From positions 544,001 through 608,000 of the forward strand of contig CAWDVE010000013.1 in assembly GCA_963805625.1 (NCBI GenBank): a DNA stretch of 64,000 nucleotides, read 5' to 3'. The notes beneath the pieces were generated by a model. It was given only the letters and a program-made list of their open reading frames with translations, made no database searches and had not been told where the DNA came from. A program made the position numbers and the translations under genes. Below, one piece after another: positions 47,480-57,080 of the stretch; the first letter of the stretch is position 1, and each line of letters starts with the position of its first letter. Source of the stretch: an uncultured Candidatus Rokubacteria bacterium. GTDB lineage: Bacteria; Methylomirabilota; Methylomirabilia; Rokubacteriales; DASRDR01.

Positions 47480-48733
47480 TCAGCCGAGCCCGCCGGCGAG
47501 CCGGCGGCTCTCGGGCCGGAGGCGAAGCCAGATCGTCGAGATGAGGCCGATCGCCCCGCCGGCCCCGAGGAGGCAGTAGGCCCACCCCCACTCCGTGTAG
47601 GGTGGGCCGGGATTCGTCGCGTCGAGCACCTTGCCGAACGCCCACTGGGCGACCGCGCCGGCCCCGAACCCGAGGAGCGACCGCAGCGCCAGCGCCGAGC
47701 CGAGCACCGACGGCGCGACCGTCTCGGTCAGCGCCACCGAGAGCACGGGTGAGTCGCCCACCGAGCTGAACCCGTACACGAGCCCCACGAGCAGCAAGAA
47801 CCAGAACGGCGCCGCCACCAGCCACCCGAAGGTCATGGAGCACACGGTGCTCACCGCCAGCATCGCGATGATCACCGTCGTCCGGCCGAACCGGTCCGAG
47901 AGGTGGCCGGCGGTGGAGGACGCGACGAACCCCGTGAGGTGGAAGAGCGCGCCCAGCCGGGCGCCGCCCCCCGTCGCCCGCGCGAGGTCCTGGCCCTGGA
48001 GCATGAGGGACGCCGACAGGAACGCCGGCGTCCACGCCCACATGCCGAGCAGCTCCCACGAGTGGCAGGTGTACCCGGCGGTCAGGAGGAGCGCCGCGGG
48101 ATTGCGGAGGAACTCCGCGGCGAACCCCTGGCCGGCGCCGCGTGGATGGACCCGGTTCGGCATGCCCCACACGGTCCAGACCGCGGCGACCGCGCCGAGG
48201 ACGGGGCCGAGCGAGGCCACCAGCAGCGCCGCCCGCCATCCGAACCGGGCGAGCACGGCGCCGGTGATGAACAGGGAGCCCGCGTAGCCGATGGAGGTCG
48301 CGGCGAGGAAGAACCCGGTCGCCCGGCCGCGCTTGGCGGCCGGGAACCGCTCGGCGATGAGGATCAGCCCCGGCGTGTAGTTGCCGCCCATCGACAAGGC
48401 GGTGAGGCCGTAGAGCAAGGCGGCCGAGCCCGGGCTGTCCGCGAGGAGCGCGAACGCGAGCGCCATGGGAGCCCCGGCGACGCTCGACCAGAGGAAGGCC
48501 GGGCGCGCGCCGACCCGGTCCGAGAGGAGGTTGAAGCCCACGAGCGAGCACGCGTAGCCGATCTGGAAGGCCGAGCCGACCGCGCCGGCCGCGGCGGCCG
48601 ACATCTGCCACTCGCGCTGCAGCACCGGGAGGACCGCGGCGTAGCTCGTGAAGACCAGGGCGACCAGGAAGCGCGACAGGCAGAGGCCCGTCAGCCAGGC
48701 CGTGTCGCTGCGCCGGTAGCCTTCAGGGCTCAC
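47480..48733 (-). CDS. MFS transporter
   Basis: LSDRVG and GHLSDRFGR motif A, about 12 TM helices. Confidence 0.88.
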   Translation of the reverse strand: MSPEGYRRSDTAWLTGLCLSRFLVALVFTSYAAVLPVLQREWQMSAAAAGAVGSAFQIGYACSLVGFNLLSDRVGARPAFLWSSVAGAPMALAFALLADSPGSAALLYGLTALSMGGNYTPGLILIAERFPAAKRGRATGFFLAATSIGYAGSLFITGAVLARFGWRAALLVASLGPVLGAVAAVWTVWGMPNRVHPRGAGQGFAAEFLRNPAALLLTAGYTCHSWELLGMWAWTPAFLSASLMLQGQDLARATGGGARLGALFHLTGFVASSTAGHLSDRFGRTTVIIAMLAVSTVCSMTFGWLVAAPFWFLLLVGLVYGFSSVGDSPVLSVALTETVAPSVLGSALALRSLLGFGAGAVAQWAFGKVLDATNPGPPYTEWGWAYCLLGAGGAIGLISTIWLRLRPESRRLAGGLG

Positions 48734-48997
48734 GCCCCGCCCCCGGCCCAGCCCTGCGGTCTCGCCGCAACCTGCTGCGGGTCCCGACGGCGGCAGATCG
48801 TCACGAGTTCCGGAGTCGCCAAGCCGCCGCGGGTCCTGCCGGTTCGCCCCGGTCGCGCCTCGGCGCCGTCCCCCGTACATCATCTCGGGCTTCTCGGCGC
48901 GCCGGGGCCCTCACCGGTGCCACCCGCGACGGGCTGGCGATCACACCGGATCCGCGGCGGCCGGCAGGGCAGCGCCGCCGTGTGGGGAGGGGCGGCA

Positions 48998-49765
48998 CTA
49001 GCGCGTGGGCGCGCGCGGCTGGAGCGGGATGATGCCGCCGTCGACGAGGATCGTCGTCCCGGTCGTGGCGCGCGCCTCGGCGGCGAGGAAGAGCGCCGCC
49101 TCGCCGCAGTCCTCCGGCGTCGGCAGATCCGGCGTGGTGACCTCGTGGCGCCCGGCCTCGAACACGCTCGGCGGCCACCCCACGAAGTCGGTCTCCACGA
49201 GACCCGGGGCGATCGCGTTGACGCGGATCGCCGGCCCGAGCGCGCGGGCGAGCGATCGGGTCATCGAGTCGACCGCCGCCTTCGACGCGGCGTAGGCGAG
49301 CGAGGAGCCCTTGCCGCTGAACGCGGCCACCGACGTGATGTTGATGATGACGCCTCGCCCCTGGGCGCGCATGACGGGCGCGGCGTGCTTGATGCAATAC
49401 CAGACGCCCATCACGTTGGTGTCGAGCACCTTGCGCCAGATCTCGTCGGTGAGCGCCTCGAGATTCCCGTGCGACACCGGCGTCGTCCAGCCGGCGTTGT
49501 TCACGAGCACGTCGAGCCGCCCGGACGCCCGCACCGCCTCGTCGACCAGGCGCTTGCAGTCGGCCTCGCGGCGCACGTCGGCCTGGACGGCGAGCGCGTG
49601 GCCCCCGCCCTGGCGGATCTCGCGGACCGTCGCCTCGGCCTTGTCCTTGGATTTCTGGTAGTTGACGACGACCGAGGCGCCTTCCCGCGCGAAGGCGAGC
49701 GAGATACCTCGGCCGATGCCCGTGCCGCCGCCGGTCACGAGCGCCACCTGTCCCTTGAGCCTCAC
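48998..49765 (-). CDS. SDR family oxidoreductase
   Basis: TGGGTGIG, NNAG, YAASK, NAIAPG; SD GAGGAGG. Confidence 0.88.
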   Translation of the reverse strand: MRLKGQVALVTGGGTGIGRGISLAFAREGASVVVNYQKSKDKAEATVREIRQGGGHALAVQADVRREADCKRLVDEAVRASGRLDVLVNNAGWTTPVSHGNLEALTDEIWRKVLDTNVMGVWYCIKHAAPVMRAQGRGVIINITSVAAFSGKGSSLAYAASKAAVDSMTRSLARALGPAIRVNAIAPGLVETDFVGWPPSVFEAGRHEVTTPDLPTPEDCGEAALFLAAEARATTGTTILVDGGIIPLQPRAPTR

Positions 49766-49787
49766 GCGCGAGTCCTCCTCGGATGGG

Positions 49788-50543
49788 TCAGCGGCCGGGC
49801 TGCACGATGAGCGGCGCGCCCTGGCCCGGCCCGGGGGCGATCGCCAGTCCCACGGCACTCTCCTGGTACGGGATGCCGCGCTCCGCGAGCCGCCGGGCCA
49901 GCGCCGGCAGGTCTCCGGTCCGGAGCCGCAGCGCCGTGAACGTCGGCTTGGGGTAGCCTCCGCCCAGCGGGCTCAGCTGGATCATGAGCCCGGCCAGACT
50001 CAGCTGGACGACCGAGCCGTCCTCCGGCGCGAAGCCCCGGGTCATCCCGAACAGGTCCTGCAGGCGCTGGGCTGCCGCGCCCACGTCGGCGACCTTCCCA
50101 TGGACCGCCGCGAGCGCGAGCGGCGTCTCGGGCAGAGGGGCTTCCGCCGACGGCGTCGCCAGCTCCACCAGGAGCTTCTCGCAGGAGCGCGGGTGGACGA
50201 AGGCGACCTTGCCGGCGAGACCCTGGCGCGGCTTCCCGTCGATCATGTCGACCCCGGTCCCGAGGAACCGCCGCACCTCGCGCACGACGTCGTCCGACTC
50301 GAAGCAGACATGGTGCAGGCCTTCGCCGCGGCCGGCCAGGAAGCGCGCGACCCCCGAGTCGGGCGTCGTCGGCGCCAGCACTTCCACCTCTCCCGGGCCG
50401 CAAGCCAGGAGCGCCGCCCGGACACCCTCCTCGGGCAGATCGGCGGAGCGGAGAAGGGGGAGCTCGAGCGTGTCGCGCCAGAAGGCGAGCCCGGCGTCCA
50501 GGTCCTGGACGACGACGGCGACGTGGTGGATGCGGGTGATCAC
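49788..50543 (-). CDS. VOC family protein (methylmalonyl-CoA epimerase-like N-domain plus degenerate second domain)
   Basis: IHHVAVVV, EVLAP, RGEGLHHVCF, VAFVHP...LVEL. Confidence 0.78.
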   Translation of the reverse strand: MITRIHHVAVVVQDLDAGLAFWRDTLELPLLRSADLPEEGVRAALLACGPGEVEVLAPTTPDSGVARFLAGRGEGLHHVCFESDDVVREVRRFLGTGVDMIDGKPRQGLAGKVAFVHPRSCEKLLVELATPSAEAPLPETPLALAAVHGKVADVGAAAQRLQDLFGMTRGFAPEDGSVVQLSLAGLMIQLSPLGGGYPKPTFTALRLRTGDLPALARRLAERGIPYQESAVGLAIAPGPGQGAPLIVQPGR

Positions 50544-50693
50544 CGCCCCTCACCCTACCCTACGCCCCCGGGAATGCAAAGAGGCCCGGGGCCCGGCCAC
50601 GATTCATGAACCCTCCGGGAGGGAGGCCTCCGTCGATGTCGAGGCGATGAGGACACGAGCCCTGGCGCCGTGCGCTACGCCTGCCGTGTGAAA

Positions 50694-50705
50694 CATGTTA
50701 ACATG
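50694..50705. promoter_or_regulatory. Palindromic operator overlapping an extended -10 of the TA operon
   Basis: CATGTTAACATG perfect palindrome containing TGnTAACAT, 7 nt before ATG 50712. Confidence 0.6.
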
Positions 50706-50711
50706 CCGCCC

Positions 50712-50966
50712 ATGAAGACGATGACGGTGCGAGATATTCGCTTGAAGTGGCCGGAGGCGGAACGCGCGCTGGCGCGAGAGGGCGAGATCATCGTCACCCG
50801 GGACTCGAAGCCAATCGCACGCATCCTGCCCTACGAGGCCTCTCCGCGTGCCCGTCGCGTCCGCTTCGATCCTGACGCGCAATTACGCTGGCTCGGCCGG
50901 TTCTGGCGCAACCGCCCGCCAGGCCCGTCCACGGACGAGCTGCTCCGCCGCGACCGGGAGGCGTAG
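50712..50966 (+). CDS. Phd/YefM-like antitoxin
   Basis: MKTMTVRDIR...GEIIVTRDSKPIARI.P. Confidence 0.78.
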   Translation: MKTMTVRDIRLKWPEAERALAREGEIIVTRDSKPIARILPYEASPRARRVRFDPDAQLRWLGRFWRNRPPGPSTDELLRRDREA

Positions 50967-50972
50967 CGTCCG

Positions 50973-51407
50973 GTGAGCCTCTACCTCGACACGAGCTGCT
51001 TGCTGAAGACGCTCTTCCCCGAGCCCGAAGCCGAGCGGGTGATGCGGCTCGTCGCCGCCGAGGAACACGTCGTCGTGTCTACCCTGGCGCGCCTGGAGAC
51101 GCTGGTCCAGATATACGCGAGGGGCGCCGGCGGCCTCCTCGAGGACACCGCCGTGCGGTCGCTCGCCGCCCGCCTCGAAGCCGTCCTCCGCCAGGCGCCC
51201 TACGAGGTCGTTCGGACGCCGGCGGAGGTGGTGGACGTGGCCGAGAGACACCTGCGGTCGCTCCCGCGAGAGGCCCACTGTCCGACGTCGGACCGGCTGC
51301 ATCTGGCGGTGATGAGGTCGCTCGATGTGCGCCGCCTCCTCACCAACGACGATGCCCAGGCCCGCGCGGCCCGAGCGCTGGGGTTCGCCGTGATCGTTCC
51401 GCGCTGA
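50973..51407 (+). CDS. vapC: PIN-domain toxin
   Basis: YLDTS.LLK, E, D.LHLA, LLT.D..Q..AA..LG acidic PIN residues. Confidence 0.82.
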   Translation: MSLYLDTSCLLKTLFPEPEAERVMRLVAAEEHVVVSTLARLETLVQIYARGAGGLLEDTAVRSLAARLEAVLRQAPYEVVRTPAEVVDVAERHLRSLPREAHCPTSDRLHLAVMRSLDVRRLLTNDDAQARAARALGFAVIVPR

Positions 51408-51413
51408 TCGGCG

Positions 51414-52535
51414 CTACGCGCCCCGGAGCTTCAGCAGCGCCACCGTCGCGACGGGGCGCGCGAAGCCCTTGAGGGCGAGATCCCCCACCAGCTCGGCCTC
51501 GATGAGGTCCTCGACCGCCGCCACCACACGCTTGGTGGCGAGCACCTGGCCGGGCCGCGCCTCGCTGCACAGGCGGAAGGCGACATTGGTCACGCTGCCG
51601 ATCGCGCCGTAGTCCCATCGACCCTCGAACCCGATGGCGCCGATGGTGGCGAATCCCTTCGCGAGCCCGAGGCCGACGTCGAGCTCGTAGCCCCGCTTGC
51701 GCCAGCCGGCCGCGAGCTCGGTGACGCGGTCCCGCATGGCGAGCGCCATCCGGACGGCGCGCTCGTCCGGGTTCGGGACGACCACCGGGTCGTTGAAGAA
51801 GACCATCATGCCGTCGCCGGCGAAGCGCTCCAGCGTCCCCTCGTGCGCCACGACGAGCGTGCCCATCTCGTGGTGGTACTCGCGGAGGACGCCCATCACC
51901 TCTTCCGGCTCGGCCGTCTCGGCGAAGGCCGTGTAGCCGCGCAGGTCGAGGAAGACGACCGTGACGTCGCGGCGGTGGGTGCGGAGCGGGTCGTCGGCTC
52001 CCCCGGACACGATCAGCTCCGCCAGCTGCGGCGAGAAGAAGCGCTTGAGCTTCGAGAGCCGCTCGAGCTGGCCGACCTGGTCCGTGACCCGCTGCTCGAG
52101 CGTCTGGTTCAGCTCGGCGAGCTGCGCCGACTGGGCCTCGACCGTGTCGTAGAGCTCCTTGATCCGGAGGAGCGACCGCACGCGCGCGAGCAGCTCGGGC
52201 AGGTTGATCGGCTTGGTGAGGAAGTCGTCCGCCCCCGCCTCCAGCCCCTTGATCCGCTCCGAGGACGGGTCGAGCGCCGTGACCATCACCACCGGCATGA
52301 TCCCGGTCGTGCCGGCGGCCCGGATCCGCTGGCACACCTCGTAGCCGCTCATGCCCGGCATGACGACGTCCAGGAGGACGAGGTCCGGCCGCTCGGCCTC
52401 GACCTTCGCGAGGGCCTCGGCGCCGGACGCCGCCGTCACCACCGCGTAGCCCTTCACCGTCAGGAGGTCGGCGAGGAGCTTGACGTTCTGGGGGGTGTCG
52501 TCGACGACGAGGATCTTGGCGGGCGCGGACGCCAT
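51414..52535 (-). CDS. Response regulator with class III nucleotide cyclase output
   Basis: REC (VDD, LLD, KP) plus FLDLRGYT, FAGDG, DYGAIG..TN.A.R. Confidence 0.88.
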   Translation of the reverse strand: MASAPAKILVVDDTPQNVKLLADLLTVKGYAVVTAASGAEALAKVEAERPDLVLLDVVMPGMSGYEVCQRIRAAGTTGIMPVVMVTALDPSSERIKGLEAGADDFLTKPINLPELLARVRSLLRIKELYDTVEAQSAQLAELNQTLEQRVTDQVGQLERLSKLKRFFSPQLAELIVSGGADDPLRTHRRDVTVVFLDLRGYTAFAETAEPEEVMGVLREYHHEMGTLVVAHEGTLERFAGDGMMVFFNDPVVVPNPDERAVRMALAMRDRVTELAAGWRKRGYELDVGLGLAKGFATIGAIGFEGRWDYGAIGSVTNVAFRLCSEARPGQVLATKRVVAAVEDLIEAELVGDLALKGFARPVATVALLKLRGA

Positions 52536-52924
52536 CAGGCGCCTCCCCGGGGGCCGGCCGCCAGGACCCCCGCCACCAGCTGGATGAAGCCCTTCACGTC
52601 GATCGGCTTCGACTGGTAGGCGTCGAAGCCGGCGGCCAGGATCCGCTGCCGGTCCTGTGTCATGGCGGAGGCCGTGACGGCGACGATGGGAATGTGGCGG
52701 GTGCGCGGGTCGGCCCGGAGGTGGCCGAGGGCGTCGATCCCGTTCATGCCCGGCAGCTGGATGTCCATCAGGATGAGCGCCGGCTGGGACTCCCGCGCCA
52801 GCTCGAGACCGAGCTCCGCCGTCTCCGCCTCGAGCGTGCGGTAGCCCTTGAACTGGAGCACGTCCCGCACCAGCTTCCGGTTCTTCTCGTTGTCCTCGAC
52901 GATCAGGATCAGCTCGCCGGCCAT
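52535..52924 (-). CDS. Single-domain response regulator (DivK-like)
   Basis: IVEDN, LMDIQLPG, VTASAM, KPI. Confidence 0.88.
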   Translation of the reverse strand: MAGELILIVEDNEKNRKLVRDVLQFKGYRTLEAETAELGLELARESQPALILMDIQLPGMNGIDALGHLRADPRTRHIPIVAVTASAMTQDRQRILAAGFDAYQSKPIDVKGFIQLVAGVLAAGPRGGA

Positions 52925-55900
52925 GGCCTCACGGGTAGGTTGAAGGTGAAGGTCGAGCCATCCCCGAGGCGGCTCTTGACCCAGATCCGTCCGCCGTGGA
53001 GATCGATGAACCGCCGCGCGAGGGCGAGCCCGAGCCCCGTCCCCTCGCGCTTTCGCGCGTAGTCCGTGCCCACCTGGCGGAACTCCTGGAAGATCGCCTC
53101 CTGGTCCTCGGGCGCGATCCCGATCCCGGTGTCGGACACCGAGATCTCCACCGCGCCGTCGGCCGGCACCGCGCGCACGGCGACGCGCCCCCCCTCCGGG
53201 GTGAACTTGACGGCATTGGACAGGAGGTTCAGGAGCACCTGCCGGATCTTCCGCTCGTCGCCCACGAACGGCCCGAGCCGGTCGTCGACCGACACGTCGA
53301 GCGCGAGCCCGTGGCGGGTCGCCCGCTCGCGGACCAGGATGACGGCGCTGCCGATCGCCGCCGGGAGGTCGAAGCGCGAGAGGTCGAGCTCCATCCGCCC
53401 CGCCTCGACCTTCGAGAGATCGAGGATGTCGTTGATGAGGGCGAGGAGATGGCGGCCCGAGGAGAGGATGTCCTGGATGTACTCGGCCTGCTTGTCGTTG
53501 AGCTCGCCGAACATGCGCTCCCCGAGGACCTCGGAGAAGCCGATGATCGCGTTGAGCGGCGTGCGGAGCTCGTGCGACATGTTCGCGAGGAACTCGGACT
53601 TGTGGCGGCTGGCCGCCTCGAGCTCCCGGCTCTTGTCCTCCAGCTCGCTGAAGAGCCGGGCGTTCTGGATCGCGATGGCGGACTGGGCGGCGAGCGTCTT
53701 CAGGAGGTCGACGACCTCGGGGGCGAAGCGTCCCGGATTCTTCCGGGCCACCACGAGACCGCCCAGGACGCGGCCCTCCCGGACCAGCGGCACCGCGAGG
53801 ACCGCCCGCAGGCCCGATCGCGTCATCGCGTCGCGCAGCCGGCTCTCGTACGCGCCGGGGTCCAGGATGTCCGGGATCTCCACCGGCTGCCGGGTGACGG
53901 CGACCCGCCCGACCGCGCCCTCCCCGATGGGGATCGGGGCCGCGCGCAGGACCGTCACGAGCTCGGGGTCGAAGCGCTGCGTCGCGCGCAGGTGGAACAC
54001 CCGCTGCGCCTCGTCGTACTCGTAGATGCCGCCGCCGTCGGCGCCGGCCAGGAGGTCGGCGCGCGACACGATGGTCGTCAGCACCGTCTCGACGTCGAGC
54101 GTCGAGCTGACCGCCTGGCCGACCGCGCCGAGCGCCTGGAGCTGCTCGACGGAGCGCGCGAGGTCCTGCGTGCGCGCCTGCAGCTCCTGGAAGAGCCGGG
54201 CGTTCTCGATCGCGATGACCGCCTGGCTGGCGAAGGTGGACACGAGCTGGATCTGCTTGTCCGTGAACGGGCGGATCTCGCGCCGGTACATCATGATCGA
54301 GCCGATCATCTGGCCCTCCCGCACCAGCGGCACGCCGAGGACGGTCCGGACTCTCTCCGTCCGGACGATCTCCTCGAGCTGCGGGTCCTGCATGACCGCG
54401 GTCGTCGTGACGTCCTCGATGTGCACGGGGTGCCAAGGGCCCTCCGGCCGGAACATGGGCCGGCCTACGCGATAATCTCGGGTCCGGAGAAGCTCCGCGA
54501 ACACCGGCCCCACCCCGCGCCACGCCGCGGCGTCGAACGTCTCGCCTTCCAGCCGGAAGACCGCGCCGAGCTGCGACTCAGAGAGCGCGCAGGCCTTGTC
54601 GAGGATGGTGTCGAAGACGGGGGCAAGGTCGGTCGGCGAGCTCGAGATGACCCCGAGGATCTCCGCCGTCGCGGTCTGCTGCTCGAGCGCCTCGCTGAGG
54701 TCGACATTCCGCCGCTCGAGCTCCTGGAACAGGCGCACGTTCTCGATTGCGATCACGGCCTGAGCGGCGAACGTCTGCAGGAGCTGGACCTGCTTCTCGG
54801 TGAACGGCACCACCTCGGCGCGACGGATCAAGATCGCGCCGATGGGGACCCCCTCCCGCAGGAGCGGCGTCGCGAGGGTCGTGCGGTGGCCGTAGCGCCG
54901 GGCCATGTCTCGACCCCGAGGATACTCGTCGCCGGCGGCCGCCAGATCGGGCACGTGGATGGGACGCCGATCCACTACCGCGCGGCCGGTCACCCAGTCG
55001 CGCCCGATCCGGTAGTCGTCAGTCGGGTCGGCCTTCGGGATCGGGCCGTAGCCCGCCTCGTGGCGAAGGGTTTCACCGTCCACGCGGAAGATGACCGCGT
55101 CACGCGCCGCGCAGACGCGCGCGGCGTTCTCGGCCACCGCGTCCAGGACGGGCTGGATGTCCGTCGGCGAGCTCGAGATGACCCGCAGGATCTCCGCCGT
55201 GGCGGTCTGCTGATCGAGGGCCTCGCTGAGCTCGCGCGTCCGGTCCTCGACCTTGTGCTCGAGGTTGGCGTACGACTCCTGGAGGTGGGCCGCCATGCGG
55301 TTGAACTGGTCGGCGAGCCCCTCGAGCTCGTCGCCCGTCTTCACGTCGATCCGCTGGTCGAGCGCGCCCGCCCCGATCCGCTCCGCGCCCGCCTGGAGCG
55401 CCCGGATCGGCGTCGTCATGCGCCGGGCCAACAGGAGGCTCGCCAGCATCGAGAGCGCGACGCCGGCGATGAGCAGGCCGACGGTGCGGTACGCCGAGGC
55501 ATAGAGGGGCGCGAGGGCCTCGCCGAGGGGCTGCTCCACGAAGACCCACCAGCCGAGCGGCGAGATCGGCGCCGATGCCGTCAGGACCTGGCGCCCGCCG
55601 GAGTCCTGGGCCACGGTCATCTCCCGGTCCGGCGAGCCCGGCGCCGGCGGGCCGGCCAGCGCCGTCCGGACCTGATCGAGCCGCGAGAGGTCGGTCTTCT
55701 GAAGGACGAGGCTGATGTCCGGGTGGGCGACGAGCTGACCCCGGCCGTCCACGACGTAGGCGCGTCCCGTCGACCCGATCCGGATCTGGGAGACGACGTC
55801 CCAGATGAACTTCAGGTTGACCTCGGCGACGGTCACGCCCGCGTCGCCGCCGCCGGCCACCGAGAGCGTGAGGTAGGGCTCGGACTCCTTCCGGAAGTAG

Positions 55901-56355
55901 ACGGGCCCGAAGTACGGCCGGCCCGGCCGCGCCTCCTTGAAGCGCGGATCGGTGGAGAAGTCGGCCTGGCTGCCCACCACGTCCATTGCCAGACGGGAAA
56001 CGCGCAGCTGTTCCCGGCCCGCGGTGTCGAGCTGGCTCACTTCGGTGACCGCGGGCGCCTGGCGCTGGAGGCGGATGAACTCGAAGCGCCGCTGCTCGAT
56101 CGTCTGCCGGGTGCCGACCTGGCCCTGGCTCGCCCATCCCACCTGGCGCTCGATGTCGCGGACGAAGGCGTCGATGCGCGCGGCGGCCCCGGCCGCCTGC
56201 TCCCGCTGGAGCGACACCACGGCCGCCAGGTTCTCGCGATAGGAGAAGTAGAGCTCGACGAGGCCGCTGGTGAGCAAGGCGCCGCTCACCAGGATCGCGA
56301 AGAGCACGACGTACTTCCAGAACAGCCGGCCTCGCGGCCGCACGGGTGGCGGCAT
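52909..56355 (-). CDS. Sensor histidine kinase (Cache-HAMP-3xGAF-HisKA-HATPase)
   Basis: Two TM helices, repeated EQQTATAEIL..ISSSPTD GAF linkers, MSHELRTPLN, NAVKFT, DTGIG, GTGLGL. Confidence 0.92.
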   Translation of the reverse strand: MPPPVRPRGRLFWKYVVLFAILVSGALLTSGLVELYFSYRENLAAVVSLQREQAAGAAARIDAFVRDIERQVGWASQGQVGTRQTIEQRRFEFIRLQRQAPAVTEVSQLDTAGREQLRVSRLAMDVVGSQADFSTDPRFKEARPGRPYFGPVYFRKESEPYLTLSVAGGGDAGVTVAEVNLKFIWDVVSQIRIGSTGRAYVVDGRGQLVAHPDISLVLQKTDLSRLDQVRTALAGPPAPGSPDREMTVAQDSGGRQVLTASAPISPLGWWVFVEQPLGEALAPLYASAYRTVGLLIAGVALSMLASLLLARRMTTPIRALQAGAERIGAGALDQRIDVKTGDELEGLADQFNRMAAHLQESYANLEHKVEDRTRELSEALDQQTATAEILRVISSSPTDIQPVLDAVAENAARVCAARDAVIFRVDGETLRHEAGYGPIPKADPTDDYRIGRDWVTGRAVVDRRPIHVPDLAAAGDEYPRGRDMARRYGHRTTLATPLLREGVPIGAILIRRAEVVPFTEKQVQLLQTFAAQAVIAIENVRLFQELERRNVDLSEALEQQTATAEILGVISSSPTDLAPVFDTILDKACALSESQLGAVFRLEGETFDAAAWRGVGPVFAELLRTRDYRVGRPMFRPEGPWHPVHIEDVTTTAVMQDPQLEEIVRTERVRTVLGVPLVREGQMIGSIMMYRREIRPFTDKQIQLVSTFASQAVIAIENARLFQELQARTQDLARSVEQLQALGAVGQAVSSTLDVETVLTTIVSRADLLAGADGGGIYEYDEAQRVFHLRATQRFDPELVTVLRAAPIPIGEGAVGRVAVTRQPVEIPDILDPGAYESRLRDAMTRSGLRAVLAVPLVREGRVLGGLVVARKNPGRFAPEVVDLLKTLAAQSAIAIQNARLFSELEDKSRELEAASRHKSEFLANMSHELRTPLNAIIGFSEVLGERMFGELNDKQAEYIQDILSSGRHLLALINDILDLSKVEAGRMELDLSRFDLPAAIGSAVILVRERATRHGLALDVSVDDRLGPFVGDERKIRQVLLNLLSNAVKFTPEGGRVAVRAVPADGAVEISVSDTGIGIAPEDQEAIFQEFRQVGTDYARKREGTGLGLALARRFIDLHGGRIWVKSRLGDGSTFTFNLPVRPWPAS

Positions 56356-56516
56356 CCCCCCTCCGCGGAGTCAGTCGGGTGGCTCGGTGGCGGGCCCATT
56401 CTAGCGCGGACCGCCGGCTGGCCACGATGGCCGCGGGCGGGGCGCCGGCGCCGCCCGCCGGGCGGAGAGGAGGGCGCCGGCTGGCCGGCTGGACGCCGGG
56501 CGAGGGCGGATTCCGC

Positions 56517-56807
56517 CTACTTGGCCGTCGGCTGCCCCACCCGCACGATGCTACAGCCGTAGAGGTATCCGAAGAGATGGGTGTGGCCGCGACGGTCCCG
56601 GCGACGCCGGTCGTCGACGAGCGCGCCCGGGCTCTGCCGCCGCACCGCCTGCCGCCGGTCGACGATGACGTCGATCCCGCTCCCCGCGAGCATGCCCGCC
56701 AAGTAGTCGACCCGCGACGGCAGGCGGGGCGGGACCACGATCAGGAGGCGCCCAGCCACTCCATCGCTCGAGCTCCCCTCGTGATGCGGGGCACGCGGAT
56801 CGTCCAT
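56517..56807 (-). CDS. Small hypothetical protein with DRR repeats, paralog 1
   Basis: VIVDRR...RR...DDRRRRDRR; SD GGAGG; similar to 59776-60123. Confidence 0.7.
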   Translation of the reverse strand: MDDPRAPHHEGSSSDGVAGRLLIVVPPRLPSRVDYLAGMLAGSGIDVIVDRRQAVRRQSPGALVDDRRRRDRRGHTHLFGYLYGCSIVRVGQPTAK

Positions 56808-56819
56808 CGCCCGTTCCTC

Positions 56820-56855
56820 CAACATTCTCGGCAACATTCTCGGCAACATTCTCGG
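56820..56855. repeat. 12-bp tandem repeat x3
   Basis: CAACATTCTCGG x3 immediately upstream of the SD of the DRR protein. Confidence 0.85.
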
Positions 56856-56999
56856 TCCCATCATGGAGTTCGACAGGCAGGGAGCTGAAATGAATCCCGG
56901 GAAAGGCCGCAGATGCAGGGGCACGTAAAGGGAGTCCCGCGTGGAGTGGAGGCAATCACACTGTAACTACTACACGCAGCCTCCTGGTCCTGTCACCAG

Positions 57000-57026
57000 G
57001 CAAGAGATTGCTATGCAATCTCTTGC
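57000..57026. promoter_or_regulatory. Perfect 12-bp inverted repeat, candidate regulator binding site
   Basis: GCAAGAGATTGC-TAT-GCAATCTCTTGC, AT-rich, no U-tract. Confidence 0.55.
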
Positions 57027-57080
57027 ACATCTGGGATCGGGATGACTCGAGCGGGACGGCCGGTGAGGCCGATGCGCCCC

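Noticed and set aside
51414-52535. Cyclase as a Pycsar/CBASS component, given the adjacent VapC
   Set aside because: It is a REC-fused cyclase in a two-component operon, convergent with the TA pair, with no cNMP-binding effector gene
52996-56562. Very long ORFs antisense to real genes (also 40819-43416, 13744-15807, 47903-49810, 28787-30577)
   Set aside because: Shadow frames expected in high-GC DNA; no motifs, and the opposite strand has clear family signatures
56998-57012. GGCAAGAGATTGC as a sigma-54 promoter
   Set aside because: GG-to-GC spacing is 9 nt rather than the required 10
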